64,000 nt of DNA from an uncultured Piscirickettsiaceae bacterium (GTDB lineage Bacteria; Pseudomonadota; Gammaproteobacteria; GCF-002020875), in contig CAYFMX010000001.1 in assembly GCA_964344325.1 (NCBI GenBank), positions 81,421-145,420 of the forward strand. The letters are read 5' to 3'. The notes under the pieces are model-generated. The model worked only from the letters and a program-made list of their open reading frames with translations. It was not told the DNA's origin and did no database searches. The translations under genes were made by a program, and so were the position numbers. Positions 1-9,052 of this stretch are shown here, in pieces. The first letter of the stretch is position 1. Each line of letters begins with the position of its first letter.

Positions 1-375
1 GATTTTAATGATCGTTTCATTCCATTCTTTGAAATTGCATCTCAAGGCACTCAAACATTAGCTTTATTTTATTATTGGTTTCAGCGATTCAACGAAGAAA
101 ACTCTAAAGTTCAATTTGTTTTTATTGATGAATTTGATGCTTTCTACCATCACAGTCTTTCCCGGCTCATTGTAAAGAAGCTCAAAAAGGTCGGAGCGCA
201 AGTGATTATCACCACGCACAATCCTTCGATCATGACCAATGATTTGATGCGCCCGGATTGTTATTTTGTTATGAACGCAAAAAATATCCAACCATTACAT
301 AAAACCACTGATAAAGAGCTACGAGAAGCGCATAGTATTGAAAAAATGTTCCGTGCAGGAAAATTCAATGGATAA
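1..375 (+). CDS. AAA-family (AAA_21/ABC-like) ATPase, C-terminal fragment; 5' end lies outside the window
   Basis: Frame 1 is open from base 1 to TAA at 373-375. It is absent from the ORF track because it has no start in the window. The translation contains KVQFVFIDEFDAFYHHSL (Walker-B-like) and GAQVIITTHNPSIM (H-loop-like). The stop overlaps the ATG of the next gene (ATGGATAA). Confidence 0.7.
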   Translation, partial: DFNDRFIPFFEIASQGTQTLALFYYWFQRFNEENSKVQFVFIDEFDAFYHHSLSRLIVKKLKKVGAQVIITTHNPSIMTNDLMRPDCYFVMNAKNIQPLHKTTDKELREAHSIEKMFRAGKFNG

Positions 376-1159
376 TATTGAAGGTTATATCCTATTTGTC
401 TTTGAAGGTAAAAAAACGGAACAGGAAATTTTCAATAACCTATGTCAACATTATTCTAAGATCGAACTTAACGAAACAATAGTTAGTGTTTACGAAACAG
501 ATATTTATCATCTTTATCGCACACTGGAAGATGATGAAGATATTGATTTATTTACTTTGCTTCGCAGTAAAGAGAAGAACCAAGAAAACCTATCAGGTAT
601 TGAAGAAGAGCAAGTTTCGGAAATCTATCTCTTCTTTGATTATGATGGACATGCACCAAAAGCAAACGATACTCAAATTACTGCAATGCTCCAACAATTT
701 GGTGATGAAACAACAAACGGAAAATTATATCTCAGCTACCCAATGGTCGAGGCAATCAGACATTTACCGATAGAAATAAATTTCCAAGATACTACTGTCC
801 CTTGTAAAGAAGGAAACTGTGAAAAGAGTTCATACCAAGAAGCTACCGGATATGAAAATTACAAAACTCTATCTAAAAACACATGCATATCCCGTTTCCG
901 AATTGCCTTTTATAAATACAATAAACAACATTGGCGTGTAATTCTTGATCAGCATTGTAAAAAATTGAACCATTTGATGGCGGATCGTTTTGAATTACCT
1001 GAAATTCAAGAACCATTCACACAAACAGAAATTTTTGATCAACAAAGGGAAAAGCATATCATCCCTAATGAACAAGTTACTGTGCTTAGCGCATTCCCGA
1101 TCTTTCTTGCAGACTACTACGGATATTCAAAGCTACCCGAACTTATTGGTGATATTTAA
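368..1159 (+). CDS. RloB-like (Toprim-like) protein, partner of the upstream ATPase
   Basis: This lies in ORF 338-1159; the likely start is ATG 368, overlapping the upstream stop. Motifs seen are [15 protein letters not shown] near the N-terminus, then [11 protein letters not shown] and [14 protein letters not shown]. This is the motif order I associate with the RloB family. The gene is visibly AT-rich. Confidence 0.6.
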   Translation: MDNIEGYILFVFEGKKTEQEIFNNLCQHYSKIELNETIVSVYETDIYHLYRTLEDDEDIDLFTLLRSKEKNQENLSGIEEEQVSEIYLFFDYDGHAPKANDTQITAMLQQFGDETTNGKLYLSYPMVEAIRHLPIEINFQDTTVPCKEGNCEKSSYQEATGYENYKTLSKNTCISRFRIAFYKYNKQHWRVILDQHCKKLNHLMADRFELPEIQEPFTQTEIFDQQREKHIIPNEQVTVLSAFPIFLADYYGYSKLPELIGDI

Positions 1160-2207
1160 CGCTCAACTCATGCACCGCATCAACAAACACTTTCGCGTTT
1201 TCTGGATCGACTGTTTGCCCGATCCCGTGCCCCAAATTGAAAATATGCCCGGAACCATTCCCGTAGCTTTCCAGAATCGAAGCGACTTCCGCACGGATTT
1301 TCTCCGGTGCCCCGTAGAGCACGCCCGGATCCATATTGCCCTGTAGCGCAACTTTATCGCCGACACGTGCCCGTGCATCGCTAATATTGATTGTCCAGTC
1401 GAGCCCCAGCGCATCACAACCCGTCTCTGCCATCGCTTCCAGCCATAAGCCACCGCCTTTGGTGAACAAAATGACCGGCACTTTACGGCCTTCATTTTCG
1501 CGTTTGAGGCCAGAAACAATCTGCTCCATATAGCGCAACGAAAATTCGCGATACGCCGTGTACGAAAGTGCGCCGCCCCATGTATCAAAAATCATCAACG
1601 CTTGTGCGCCGGCTGCTACCTGTGCATTCAAATAGGAAGTAACGGATTGCGCGGTCACGTCGAGTACCTGATGTAACAATTGCGGCTCCGCATAGAGCAT
1701 CGCCTTGATCGTGGAAAAATCTTTGCTCGATTTCCCTTCCACCATGTAAGTTGCCAGCGTCCACGGACTACCAGAAAAACCAATTAGCGGCACACTGCCA
1801 TCTAAATCTTTGCGGATCGTGCGCACAGCATCCATCACATATTTCAGTTCGCCTTCTGGATCGGGAACTGCCAATTTTTCAACATCGGCTTTGGTGCGAA
1901 CTGGACGCTCAAAATTCGGCCCTTCGCCCTCTGCAAAGTAGAGTCCCAACCCCATCGCATCGGGAATCGTCAAAATATCGGAAAAGAGAATTGCTGCGTC
2001 GAGATCAAACCGTTCCAGCGGTTGCAGCGTCACTTCAGAAGCCAGTTCCGGATTTTTGCACAAGTTCATGAAACTGCCCGCCTGTGCACGCGTCGCTTTG
2101 TACTCTGGCAAATAACGTCCTGCCTGACGCATCATCCACACTGGCGTCATATCCACAGGTTCTTTCAACAAAGCACGCAAAAAACGGTCATTTTTCAACT
2201 CGGACAT
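1143..2207 (-). CDS. hemE: uroporphyrinogen decarboxylase
   Basis: 354 aa. The N-terminus [33 protein letters not shown] and the full-length architecture are typical of HemE. Confidence 0.95.
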   Translation of the reverse strand: MSELKNDRFLRALLKEPVDMTPVWMMRQAGRYLPEYKATRAQAGSFMNLCKNPELASEVTLQPLERFDLDAAILFSDILTIPDAMGLGLYFAEGEGPNFERPVRTKADVEKLAVPDPEGELKYVMDAVRTIRKDLDGSVPLIGFSGSPWTLATYMVEGKSSKDFSTIKAMLYAEPQLLHQVLDVTAQSVTSYLNAQVAAGAQALMIFDTWGGALSYTAYREFSLRYMEQIVSGLKRENEGRKVPVILFTKGGGLWLEAMAETGCDALGLDWTINISDARARVGDKVALQGNMDPGVLYGAPEKIRAEVASILESYGNGSGHIFNLGHGIGQTVDPENAKVFVDAVHELSVKYHQ

Positions 2208-2242
2208 TCTTTTTCTCTCAAAAAATCAACTGCGACAGACGC

Positions 2243-2270
2243 AAAAAAGGGCGCTTCCGAAAAAGCACCC
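2243..2270 (-). terminator. intrinsic terminator downstream of rpmE
   Basis: On the minus strand the stem GGGTGCTT / AAGCGCCC is followed by TTTTTT (plus-strand A-run at 2243-2248). Confidence 0.6.
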
Positions 2271-2294
2271 TTCTCAAAACCAATGGAAACCGGA

Positions 2295-2501
2295 TTACAA
2301 GCTGCCGAATTTCTGGCGGAACTTCTCAACACGACCCGCAGTATCAACAATTTTCTGCTTGCCAGTGAAGAACGGATGGCATTGGGAGCAAACATCCAAC
2401 TGCAATTTTTCTTCGCCCAACGTTGATTTGGTCTGGAATGAAAACCCGCAACTGCAAGTGACTGTGACATCTGTATATTCTGGATGGATTCCGCTTTTCA
2501 T
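2295..2501 (-). CDS. rpmE: 50S ribosomal protein L31
   Basis: 68 aa: [19 protein letters not shown]...[13 protein letters not shown], the classic L31 with Cys pairs. Confidence 0.95.
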   Translation of the reverse strand: MKSGIHPEYTDVTVTCSCGFSFQTKSTLGEEKLQLDVCSQCHPFFTGKQKIVDTAGRVEKFRQKFGSL

Positions 2502-2740
2502 GGCTCATTCCCTAAAAACTGGTTGCTAAACAACACATTAAACTAAATAAAACCGACAGCCCATTTCCGATAGGCAATCGCCAAAATTGTTCAAATCAAA
2601 ATTTGAAAAAAATTACTTTGAAAACCTGTTGCGATTCCAGCAAAAAGGCAATTTTTAGCCACATCTGGAAAAAGACGCGTAATTCTATAAGGAACCCGGA
2701 TTTCTCGCAACCTTGTTTCTGTGCTCAATCAAAAGTTTAA

Positions 2741-3412
2741 TCAAGCTACATCGGGAATGATTTCCCAAAAACCATGGATCGCCGCAAATTCTTCCACATC
2801 TTTGGGCGGGCGTTTCGTATCTGGGCGATGCACCGCCAACAAATGCGCAATTCCCGCCTGTTTTGCAGAACGTAATACATCCAGATTATCGTCAATCAGT
2901 AACGTATTTGCCGGATTAAACGGCTCAACACTTTGTAGTTTTTCCCAAAAATCAGGAGCCTCCTTCGGCAAGCCGAGATCATGGGCGCAAATGATTGAAT
3001 CCAAATCTTGCTGCAAATCGGTTTCTTCCATTTTGATCTGCACCGATTTTCCGTGAGCGTTAGTTACCAAAACCGCACGCCGCCCCGATTTTCGCACCGC
3101 ACGTAAAAAATCCTCGACGGACGGATGCACCGCAATCAAATGGCGCAGCTCTTTTTTCAGCGCAACGATGTCCAGTTCCAATTCACGTGTCCAGTAATCA
3201 ACGCAATACCAATCTAGCGTCCCAGCAATTTTTTGGTATCGCCTAAACAGATGCGATTTTGCATCCTCAACCGCCATCTGATTTTTTTCCGCATAGCGCA
3301 ACGGCACATGCTCCAACCAAAATTGGTTGTCAAAATGGAGATCGAGTAACGTCCCGTCCATATCCAGCAATACAGTTTTGATTTGCGACCAGTTGATCAT
3401 CAAAATTGCCAC
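2741..3412 (-). CDS. yrfG: HAD-family GMP/IMP nucleotidase (YrfG-like)
   Basis: 223 aa. TVLLDMDGTLLDLHFDNQFW (HAD motif I), LVTNAH and LLIDD are collinear with E. coli YrfG as I remember it. Confidence 0.8.
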   Translation of the reverse strand: MAILMINWSQIKTVLLDMDGTLLDLHFDNQFWLEHVPLRYAEKNQMAVEDAKSHLFRRYQKIAGTLDWYCVDYWTRELELDIVALKKELRHLIAVHPSVEDFLRAVRKSGRRAVLVTNAHGKSVQIKMEETDLQQDLDSIICAHDLGLPKEAPDFWEKLQSVEPFNPANTLLIDDNLDVLRSAKQAGIAHLLAVHRPDTKRPPKDVEEFAAIHGFWEIIPDVA

Positions 3413-3581
3413 TCTCGTTTAGTTGGAGATATGTAATTAAAAAATAGTTGATTGAACAACCAAAAACTGTGGATTTTACCTGTTTTAATATACTCATTCA
3501 GGAATTTTTGGATGCAGTTTGCGTATTTTTATTCCATTCTTTGATACTCTTTCATGCAATTGAATCGTTGAATATCAAAAA

Positions 3582-4433
3582 ATGATCCAAAAGGGATCAG
3601 AAGATACGCAGGAGTTTTTCGTGTCCACTTCGCTTGAACCGCTTGATTTGTCCGCTTTGATCCCGCCGATCCGCACGCTGATGAAAGAGGTGAGCAGCGT
3701 TATCCTGAAAATTTATAAACAGGATTTTTCCATTGAGGACAAATCAGATAACACGCCGGTCACAGAAGCCGATTTTGCAGCCGACCGGATGTTAAATGCA
3801 GGATTGCGCGAATTATTGCCGGATGTACCGGTACTTTCAGAAGAATCCGCAGACATTCCGTTTGAGACGCGCTCCACTTGGACGCGTTACTGGCTCGTCG
3901 ATCCGCTTGATGGCACGCGTGAATTCATCAATCGTAATGGTGAATTCACAATCAATATCGCGCTGATTGAAAATCACGAATCGATTTTGGGTGCGATCCA
4001 TGTGCCGATTAACAACACGCTTTATACCGCTTATCGCGGCGGCGGCGCGTGGAAAGAAAGTCCAAAAACACCACTTACGCAAATCCACACCCGCAAAAAT
4101 CAGGGCGAACAGTGGATTGTAGTGGGTAGTCGTTCTCATCACAGCGACGAAGTGACTAAATTTTTGGATCAGATTGGCGAACATCGCGTATTGCCAGTCG
4201 GCAGTTCGCTGAAATCGTGCATGGTGGCAGAAGGAAAAGCCGATTTGTATCCGCGCCTTGGACCTACTTCTGAGTGGGACACCGCCGCAGCACAGTGTAT
4301 TGTCGAAGAGGCAGGCGGTATGCTCACCGGAACGGATCTGAAACCGTTGCGCTACAACACCAAGGATTCATTGTTGAACCCGCATTTTCTGGTGTCCGGC
4401 CAGCCAGATCAGGATTGGTCGAGATATTTGTAG
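3582..4433 (+). CDS. cysQ: 3'(2'),5'-bisphosphate nucleotidase
   Basis: 283 aa. SPVTEAD, VLSEE, WLVDPLDGTREFINRNGEFTINIALI and WDTAA are the inositol monophosphatase/CysQ signature. The true start may lie downstream of 3582. Confidence 0.9.
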   Translation: MIQKGSEDTQEFFVSTSLEPLDLSALIPPIRTLMKEVSSVILKIYKQDFSIEDKSDNTPVTEADFAADRMLNAGLRELLPDVPVLSEESADIPFETRSTWTRYWLVDPLDGTREFINRNGEFTINIALIENHESILGAIHVPINNTLYTAYRGGGAWKESPKTPLTQIHTRKNQGEQWIVVGSRSHHSDEVTKFLDQIGEHRVLPVGSSLKSCMVAEGKADLYPRLGPTSEWDTAAAQCIVEEAGGMLTGTDLKPLRYNTKDSLLNPHFLVSGQPDQDWSRYL

Positions 4434-4449
4434 CAAAATACTCTGTAAA

Positions 4450-4650
4450 TTACCCGATCCGGCACGCCTCGCCGTAAACTTCCATCACTTCGCGCAATTC
4501 TTGCAGGAGCGTCCATCGTTCCGCTTGGGAAAGGTCTTCACACGCAGTTGGAAATAGCCCACCTTCCATTTCCGCAATGATTCTTCGGGTCTGCACACAT
4601 CCTTGCTGACCGACCAGCTCTAACATTTCATCTACCCGTTTTTGATCCAA
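4450..4650 (-). CDS. small hypothetical protein (66 aa)
   Basis: Clean ORF with protein-like composition, convergent with cysQ. I recognise no family. Confidence 0.35.
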   Translation of the reverse strand: MDQKRVDEMLELVGQQGCVQTRRIIAEMEGGLFPTACEDLSQAERWTLLQELREVMEVYGEACRIG

Positions 4651-4707
4651 ATTTTAAACTCCGTTTGCTGATTTTTTGCATTTTTTCGCGGTTATTTTCT
4701 GCAATTC

Positions 4708-4800
4708 TACGCGAAAAAAAAGCCTGCTCCGTCTCCAGAACAGGCTTAATAACCAATGATCAAGTTAGGGATACTACCGAAAAATATAAATTAATGCATT
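4708..4800 (-). repeat. copy A of a ~90-nt conserved intergenic element ending in an intrinsic terminator (minus strand)
   Basis: The minus strand reads TTTTTCGGTAGTA-N7-CTTGATCATTGGTTATT-AAGCCTGTTC..GAGCAGGCTT-TTTTTTTCGCGTA. It is near-identical to 44324-44415, with differences confined to the 7-nt spacer and the hairpin loop. Confidence 0.7.
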
Positions 4801-4917
4801 GACAAAATTACACATCGAAAAAATTATCAATTTCAGTGGTTTTTTGTATTTTGGTGCAGTATTGATCTTGGATACGTTGAATTATCAACAGAACCTAATG
4901 CAAACCTGTTTGCTTAA

Positions 4918-5406
4918 TTACTCAGCCGCAGAAGCCGGTTTCTGCACTGATGCTTTTTCTTCTGCTGCCTCTGGCTGTTCCTGCTTTTCTGCCAGATAGC
5001 ATTGCCCGCGGAAGGTGCTGTCTTTGTGTTTGTGCCCACGAACACGCAGGTATGGCGACGGCGTGTGGCGGATGCTCCCTTTCACTTCGCCCGATTTGAT
5101 GTGGATGGTGCTGCTCTCATATTCAACGGTATCCCCTTCAATGATTTTGTGGCGTTTATAGTAGACATCGTTCGGTGTAATCATCCATTCGGTGATTGAG
5201 ACATTATCGCGCCCACGCCCCAGCGGGGTCACTTTGCGGCTGTCGTTTTCCGGAACCATAATCGCTACCCCCTCATGGCGGGTCACGACCCCGGTGCGCT
5301 GGTCTTTCTCGTTGATGGCACAGATCAGTTCAATATTTGCTGCATTCACGGCTGCGGTTGCGCCCACTGCGGTGATTGCCAATAACGCCCCTGCAATTTT
5401 TTTCAT
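4918..5406 (-). CDS. exported hypothetical protein (162 aa)
   Basis: The N-terminal signal peptide is MKKIAGALLAITAVGATAAVNA. The C-terminus is acidic and Ala-rich. No family recognised. Confidence 0.6.
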   Translation of the reverse strand: MKKIAGALLAITAVGATAAVNAANIELICAINEKDQRTGVVTRHEGVAIMVPENDSRKVTPLGRGRDNVSITEWMITPNDVYYKRHKIIEGDTVEYESSTIHIKSGEVKGSIRHTPSPYLRVRGHKHKDSTFRGQCYLAEKQEQPEAAEEKASVQKPASAAE

Positions 5407-5841
5407 CGCGCTGTTCTCCTGTCAGTTCGTACCCATTGGATCGGGCCATAAGAAAAACTTGAGATTATCCCTTTCCGGCGGATTGGATCAATCATCCTTG
5501 AAAAATAATCCGGTTTACGTGTTAGGACTGTTGCTTTCAGCGTCTGCCAGACAGTTTTCCAGTTGTTCTAGCTGCTTGTGCATATCAAATTCCTGTTTCT
5601 TTTCTTTAGGCAATAGTGACTTTATCCAAATCATAAAATTTACCTATGCAAAAGAATAGACAAAATTTTGATATTTTACAATTTTTAATATTCGTAAAGA
5701 TAAACAATTCTTATTATATGCTTGTAAATAAAACTGTTTTTATAATTTCTCTTAAAATCAAATAGAATATTAAATATAGAAATAAATAGAAAATTATATT
5801 CACATAAATTAAAAAACATCATTTTACCAAGAGGATAAAAC

Positions 5842-6177
5842 ATGCCAATTATTCTAACAACAGGACAAAACATAGAAGGTAAAAAAATTTCAAATTATCA
5901 TGGTGTGATAGCAGGAAATGCTGTTTTAGGATCTAATATATTGAGGGACTTTTTTTCTTCTATCAAAAATATCGTTGGCGGACAATCGGCAGCTTATGAA
6001 GCACAAATAGAACAAGCGCGACAAATTGCATTTGATGAAATCATCGAAAAAGCATCCAAAAATAATGCAAATGCAGTAATTGGAATAAAAATTGATTATG
6101 AGCACATGGCTGGAGGCATACTTGGAGAAGGAATGCTGATGGTCTGTATAACAGGAACAGCAGTATCTTTAAGTTAA
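5842..6177 (+). CDS. YbjQ/UPF0145 family protein
   Basis: 111 aa. ILTTGQNIEGKKI..YHGVIAG, IVGG and AVIGIKIDY.....MLMVCITGTAV are typical of the YbjQ family. There is an SD-like AGAGGA upstream. Confidence 0.8.
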   Translation: MPIILTTGQNIEGKKISNYHGVIAGNAVLGSNILRDFFSSIKNIVGGQSAAYEAQIEQARQIAFDEIIEKASKNNANAVIGIKIDYEHMAGGILGEGMLMVCITGTAVSLS

Positions 6178-6201
6178 TTTTTTTAATTGAGAGATAAAAA
6201 T

Positions 6202-7236
6202 ATGAATATCTTAAAAGAAGATGAAAACCTAATCCATCATTTTGAGTTTAAATCAGATGCTTCTGATTCTGCTGGAAATGCAATCGGAACATTAAAAAAC
6301 GGGGCGATCATTAAAGATCAGTCACTCATATTGGATGGTGTTGATGATTTTGTAGAATTTGATCAACAAATCATTCCGTTGAAAGGAGATTATACTATTG
6401 CATTTTTTGCTCAGTCAAATCTAAAAAATTTCCAAGGAATTTCAGAAATCATTTCTCAAGGAGATCATGGGTTTTATTTTGGATATGACTCTCAGGGAAT
6501 TATTAGAATATCTGACCAGTGGATAAATACAGGAATCAAATTCCCATTTGATGGAATCTTGCACCATTTTGCAATTGTTGTCAAAGAATCTAACACACCT
6601 TCTGAATCGAGTTCAAAATTATTTATAGATGGTATTTTATCTGCTGAAATAGATTGCAATATCCAAACTAGCTCAGGCGGATCTAATACTAGGCTAGGAA
6701 AACAATTTGGAGAAAACAAAGAGTTTTTCAACGGAAAGATAAATGATGTACGAATATACAACACAGTATTAACAGAAGGAGAAATACAAGCTTTAGCAGA
6801 AGGCGGTCTTGATTTATCTATTAAATTTAAAAACCACCAAAATATTTTTTATGTTAAAAATATGGAAGACCCATGTTTCGAAAAAACAAATATATCCAAT
6901 AGAGAGAGATCATGGTCTTGGAAAGATAAAACATGGTATAGAGGCTCTGATATAATTGGCACAATGAAAAACAGACGGTTAGTAATTTCACGCGATGGAT
7001 CATGGTCTCTAACATATGATATAGAAACATTTTACGCATATGTAACTTGGTATATACAAATTCGCCTTAAGAATAGAAACGATTATGAACTGTATAGATT
7101 TTTTACTCCAACCGTCACAAAAACAAAAGGAAGATATTCTATAAGGCAAACTGGAAAAAGCAATAGTATTAAGCGCGATTATAATTTTATTTATATCTTA
7201 TATTGGAAAGATACGGAGCGCACATTACCATTTTGA
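6202..7236 (+). CDS. LamG (concanavalin-A-like lectin) domain protein with an unknown C-terminal domain
   Basis: LDGVDDFVEF, DYTIAFFA and FFNGKINDVRIYNTVLTEGEIQAL form the Laminin_G_3 pattern. The C-terminal ~120 aa are unrecognised. The gene is AT-rich. Confidence 0.6.
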   Translation: MNILKEDENLIHHFEFKSDASDSAGNAIGTLKNGAIIKDQSLILDGVDDFVEFDQQIIPLKGDYTIAFFAQSNLKNFQGISEIISQGDHGFYFGYDSQGIIRISDQWINTGIKFPFDGILHHFAIVVKESNTPSESSSKLFIDGILSAEIDCNIQTSSGGSNTRLGKQFGENKEFFNGKINDVRIYNTVLTEGEIQALAEGGLDLSIKFKNHQNIFYVKNMEDPCFEKTNISNRERSWSWKDKTWYRGSDIIGTMKNRRLVISRDGSWSLTYDIETFYAYVTWYIQIRLKNRNDYELYRFFTPTVTKTKGRYSIRQTGKSNSIKRDYNFIYILYWKDTERTLPF

Positions 7237-7246
7237 TTTTTTATTA

Positions 7247-7286
7247 GAAGCTGTCCTAGAGAACCAAGGTTGTTTAGGACAGCTTC
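7247..7286. repeat. perfect 12-bp inverted repeat (GAAGCTGTCCTA / TAGGACAGCTTC) with a 16-nt spacer
   Basis: Read directly at 7247-7258 and 7275-7286, immediately 3' of the LamG gene. No U-tract follows on either strand. Confidence 0.8.
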
Positions 7287-7399
7287 ATGAAAAAAATCGA
7301 AAAAGCCTACCAAATCGACAATTTTTCAAATTCTCCCCAATCCCCAAATTTTCAAAACTACACCTTGCACATCCAGCACAGTCCCCTAGAATCCACCGT

Positions 7400-8692
7400 G
7401 TGAATGTATCCGCACCTTCATCCGCACAGGCGGTGCAAAACTGCACTGGTCACACGTCACTGGAAGCCGGTTTCCGCCGCGCTTCCCGCAAACGGCGGCG
7501 CAATGCGTTATTGCTGGCAACTCCGCTAATCCTCTTCATCCTTGTCACTTTTTTGCTACCGATTTTCGATATGTTGGTGCGTAGTGCGGATAACGCTATC
7601 GTGCAAGAAACGTTGCCAACCACGGTTCCGCTGCTCGCCGAGTGGCAAGCTGATGACACCAATGCATTGCCGGATGAAACGATCTTCAAGGCGTTTGTGC
7701 TGGATGCCCATCAGGCGACGCAGAACAAGCTGTTCAACAAGCTGGGCAAACGGCTCAATTACGAAAAATCAGGTATGTCGAGCCTGTTCCGCAAAACCGG
7801 GCGGAAATTGCAAAAATTTGATGCGGCGGAATTGGCGCAGCTCAGTTCCTATAAAACGCAGTTGCTCGAAATGGATCAACGTTGGAGCAATCCCGAAATC
7901 TGGCGGTTGATCCAGCGCGAAAGCGGACAGTTCACCTTCTCCTATTATCTGGCTGCGGTCGATGCGCAAAGCAGCGACGATGGCTGGCAGATGAAGCCGG
8001 AAGAGCAGCAAGTCTATCTGCACCTGTTTTTGCGCACGTTGTGGCTGAGCGGCCTGATCACATTTCTGACATTGTTGCTCGGCTATCCAGTTGCCTATTT
8101 GCTGGCGACGGTGGAGACCCGAACCAGCAATTTGTTGATGGTGTTGGTGTTGTTGCCGTTCTGGACTTCGCTGCTGGCACGTACCAGCGCGTGGATTGCG
8201 CTCTTGCAACAGGAAGGCGTAATTAATGATTTGCTGGTCGGTATCGGTCTACTGACCGACGATGGACGGTTGGCAATGATCCACAACCAGATCGGCACCG
8301 TGGTGACGATGACGCATATTTTGTTGCCGTTCATGATTTTGCCGCTTTTCAGCGTGATGAAAACAATCCCCCGCGATTACATGCGCGTCGCCCGTTCGCT
8401 CGGCGCAACGCCGTTCACCGCATTCCGGCGCGTCTATCTCCCCAACACCATTCCGGGCATCGGCGCAGGCGCAATTCTGGTTTTCATTCTGGCGATTGGC
8501 TACTACATCACCCCGGCGTTAGTCGGCGGCACAGAAGGCTCGCTGATCAGTAATTTCATTGCCTACCACATCTCCAACTCGCTGAACTGGGGGTTGGCGG
8601 CGGCATTGGGGACGCTGTTGCTGATGCTGGTCTTGGCAATCTATCTGGTGTACGACAAGGTGATTGGCGTACGCCATCTGGGCATTCACTAA
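7400..8692 (+). CDS. ABC transporter permease (PotB/polyamine-type) with a long N-terminal extracytoplasmic loop
   Basis: 430 aa with a GTG start. There are multiple TM segments and an EAA-like loop (ARSLGATPFTAFRRVYLP). Confidence 0.85.
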   Translation: MNVSAPSSAQAVQNCTGHTSLEAGFRRASRKRRRNALLLATPLILFILVTFLLPIFDMLVRSADNAIVQETLPTTVPLLAEWQADDTNALPDETIFKAFVLDAHQATQNKLFNKLGKRLNYEKSGMSSLFRKTGRKLQKFDAAELAQLSSYKTQLLEMDQRWSNPEIWRLIQRESGQFTFSYYLAAVDAQSSDDGWQMKPEEQQVYLHLFLRTLWLSGLITFLTLLLGYPVAYLLATVETRTSNLLMVLVLLPFWTSLLARTSAWIALLQQEGVINDLLVGIGLLTDDGRLAMIHNQIGTVVTMTHILLPFMILPLFSVMKTIPRDYMRVARSLGATPFTAFRRVYLPNTIPGIGAGAILVFILAIGYYITPALVGGTEGSLISNFIAYHISNSLNWGLAAALGTLLLMLVLAIYLVYDKVIGVRHLGIH

Positions 8693-8739
8693 AATGCTGC
8701 ATTGGCACTTACAGATCATGATTGATATATTTCAGGCTT

Positions 8740-9046
8740 ATGAACACAGCACATTTTGATACGCATCGTTTTACTTGGAACACTCCGGCAAGCGGATTTC
8801 ACCGAGCAGTAAGCAGAAGCAATTTCCGATGCGTTTGCAGATGCACGACGCGAATGTGACATGGAGCTTGTAAACAAAAATGACCTGCAAGGGGTGCGCC
8901 ATGAAATCCGGGAGATGGAAAACCGCTTGAGTGGCGATATGCGGGAAATGCGTGCGCAGATAAATGGTGAGTTGGTTCTCATCAAGTGGATGCTGGTTTT
9001 TTTGGGCGCAGGCGTGCTCTCCATCATTGTTGAAACCTTCTTCTAG
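8740..9046 (+). pseudogene. decayed DUF1640-like coiled-coil/TM gene
   Basis: ATG 8740 gives MNTAHFDTHRF. The reading frame must then shift by 1 nt near 8772 to continue LLGTLRQADFTEQ. An in-frame TAA follows at 8810-8812, then AEAISDAFADA...MELVNKNDLQG...LIKWMLVFLGAGVL. Only the 61-codon tail (8861-9046) is intact. Confidence 0.5.
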
Positions 9047-9052
9047 CAGATC

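Noticed and set aside
3455-3470. An exact 15-mer, AACAACCAAAAACTG, shared with 33584-33598.
   Set aside because: In 64 kb on both strands, a few exact 15-mer coincidences are expected by chance. Flanks do not align and the sequence is low complexity.
5515-5634. A 39-codon minus-strand ORF (MIWIKSLLPKEKKQEFDMHKQLEQLENCLADAESNSPNT) at the edge of the AT-rich islet. Similar small ORFs lie at 7287-7403 and 31049-31249.
   Set aside because: They are too short and lack motifs or clear ribosome-binding sites, so I cannot support them from sequence alone. The ORF at 7287-7403 is mentioned only as context for the permease start.
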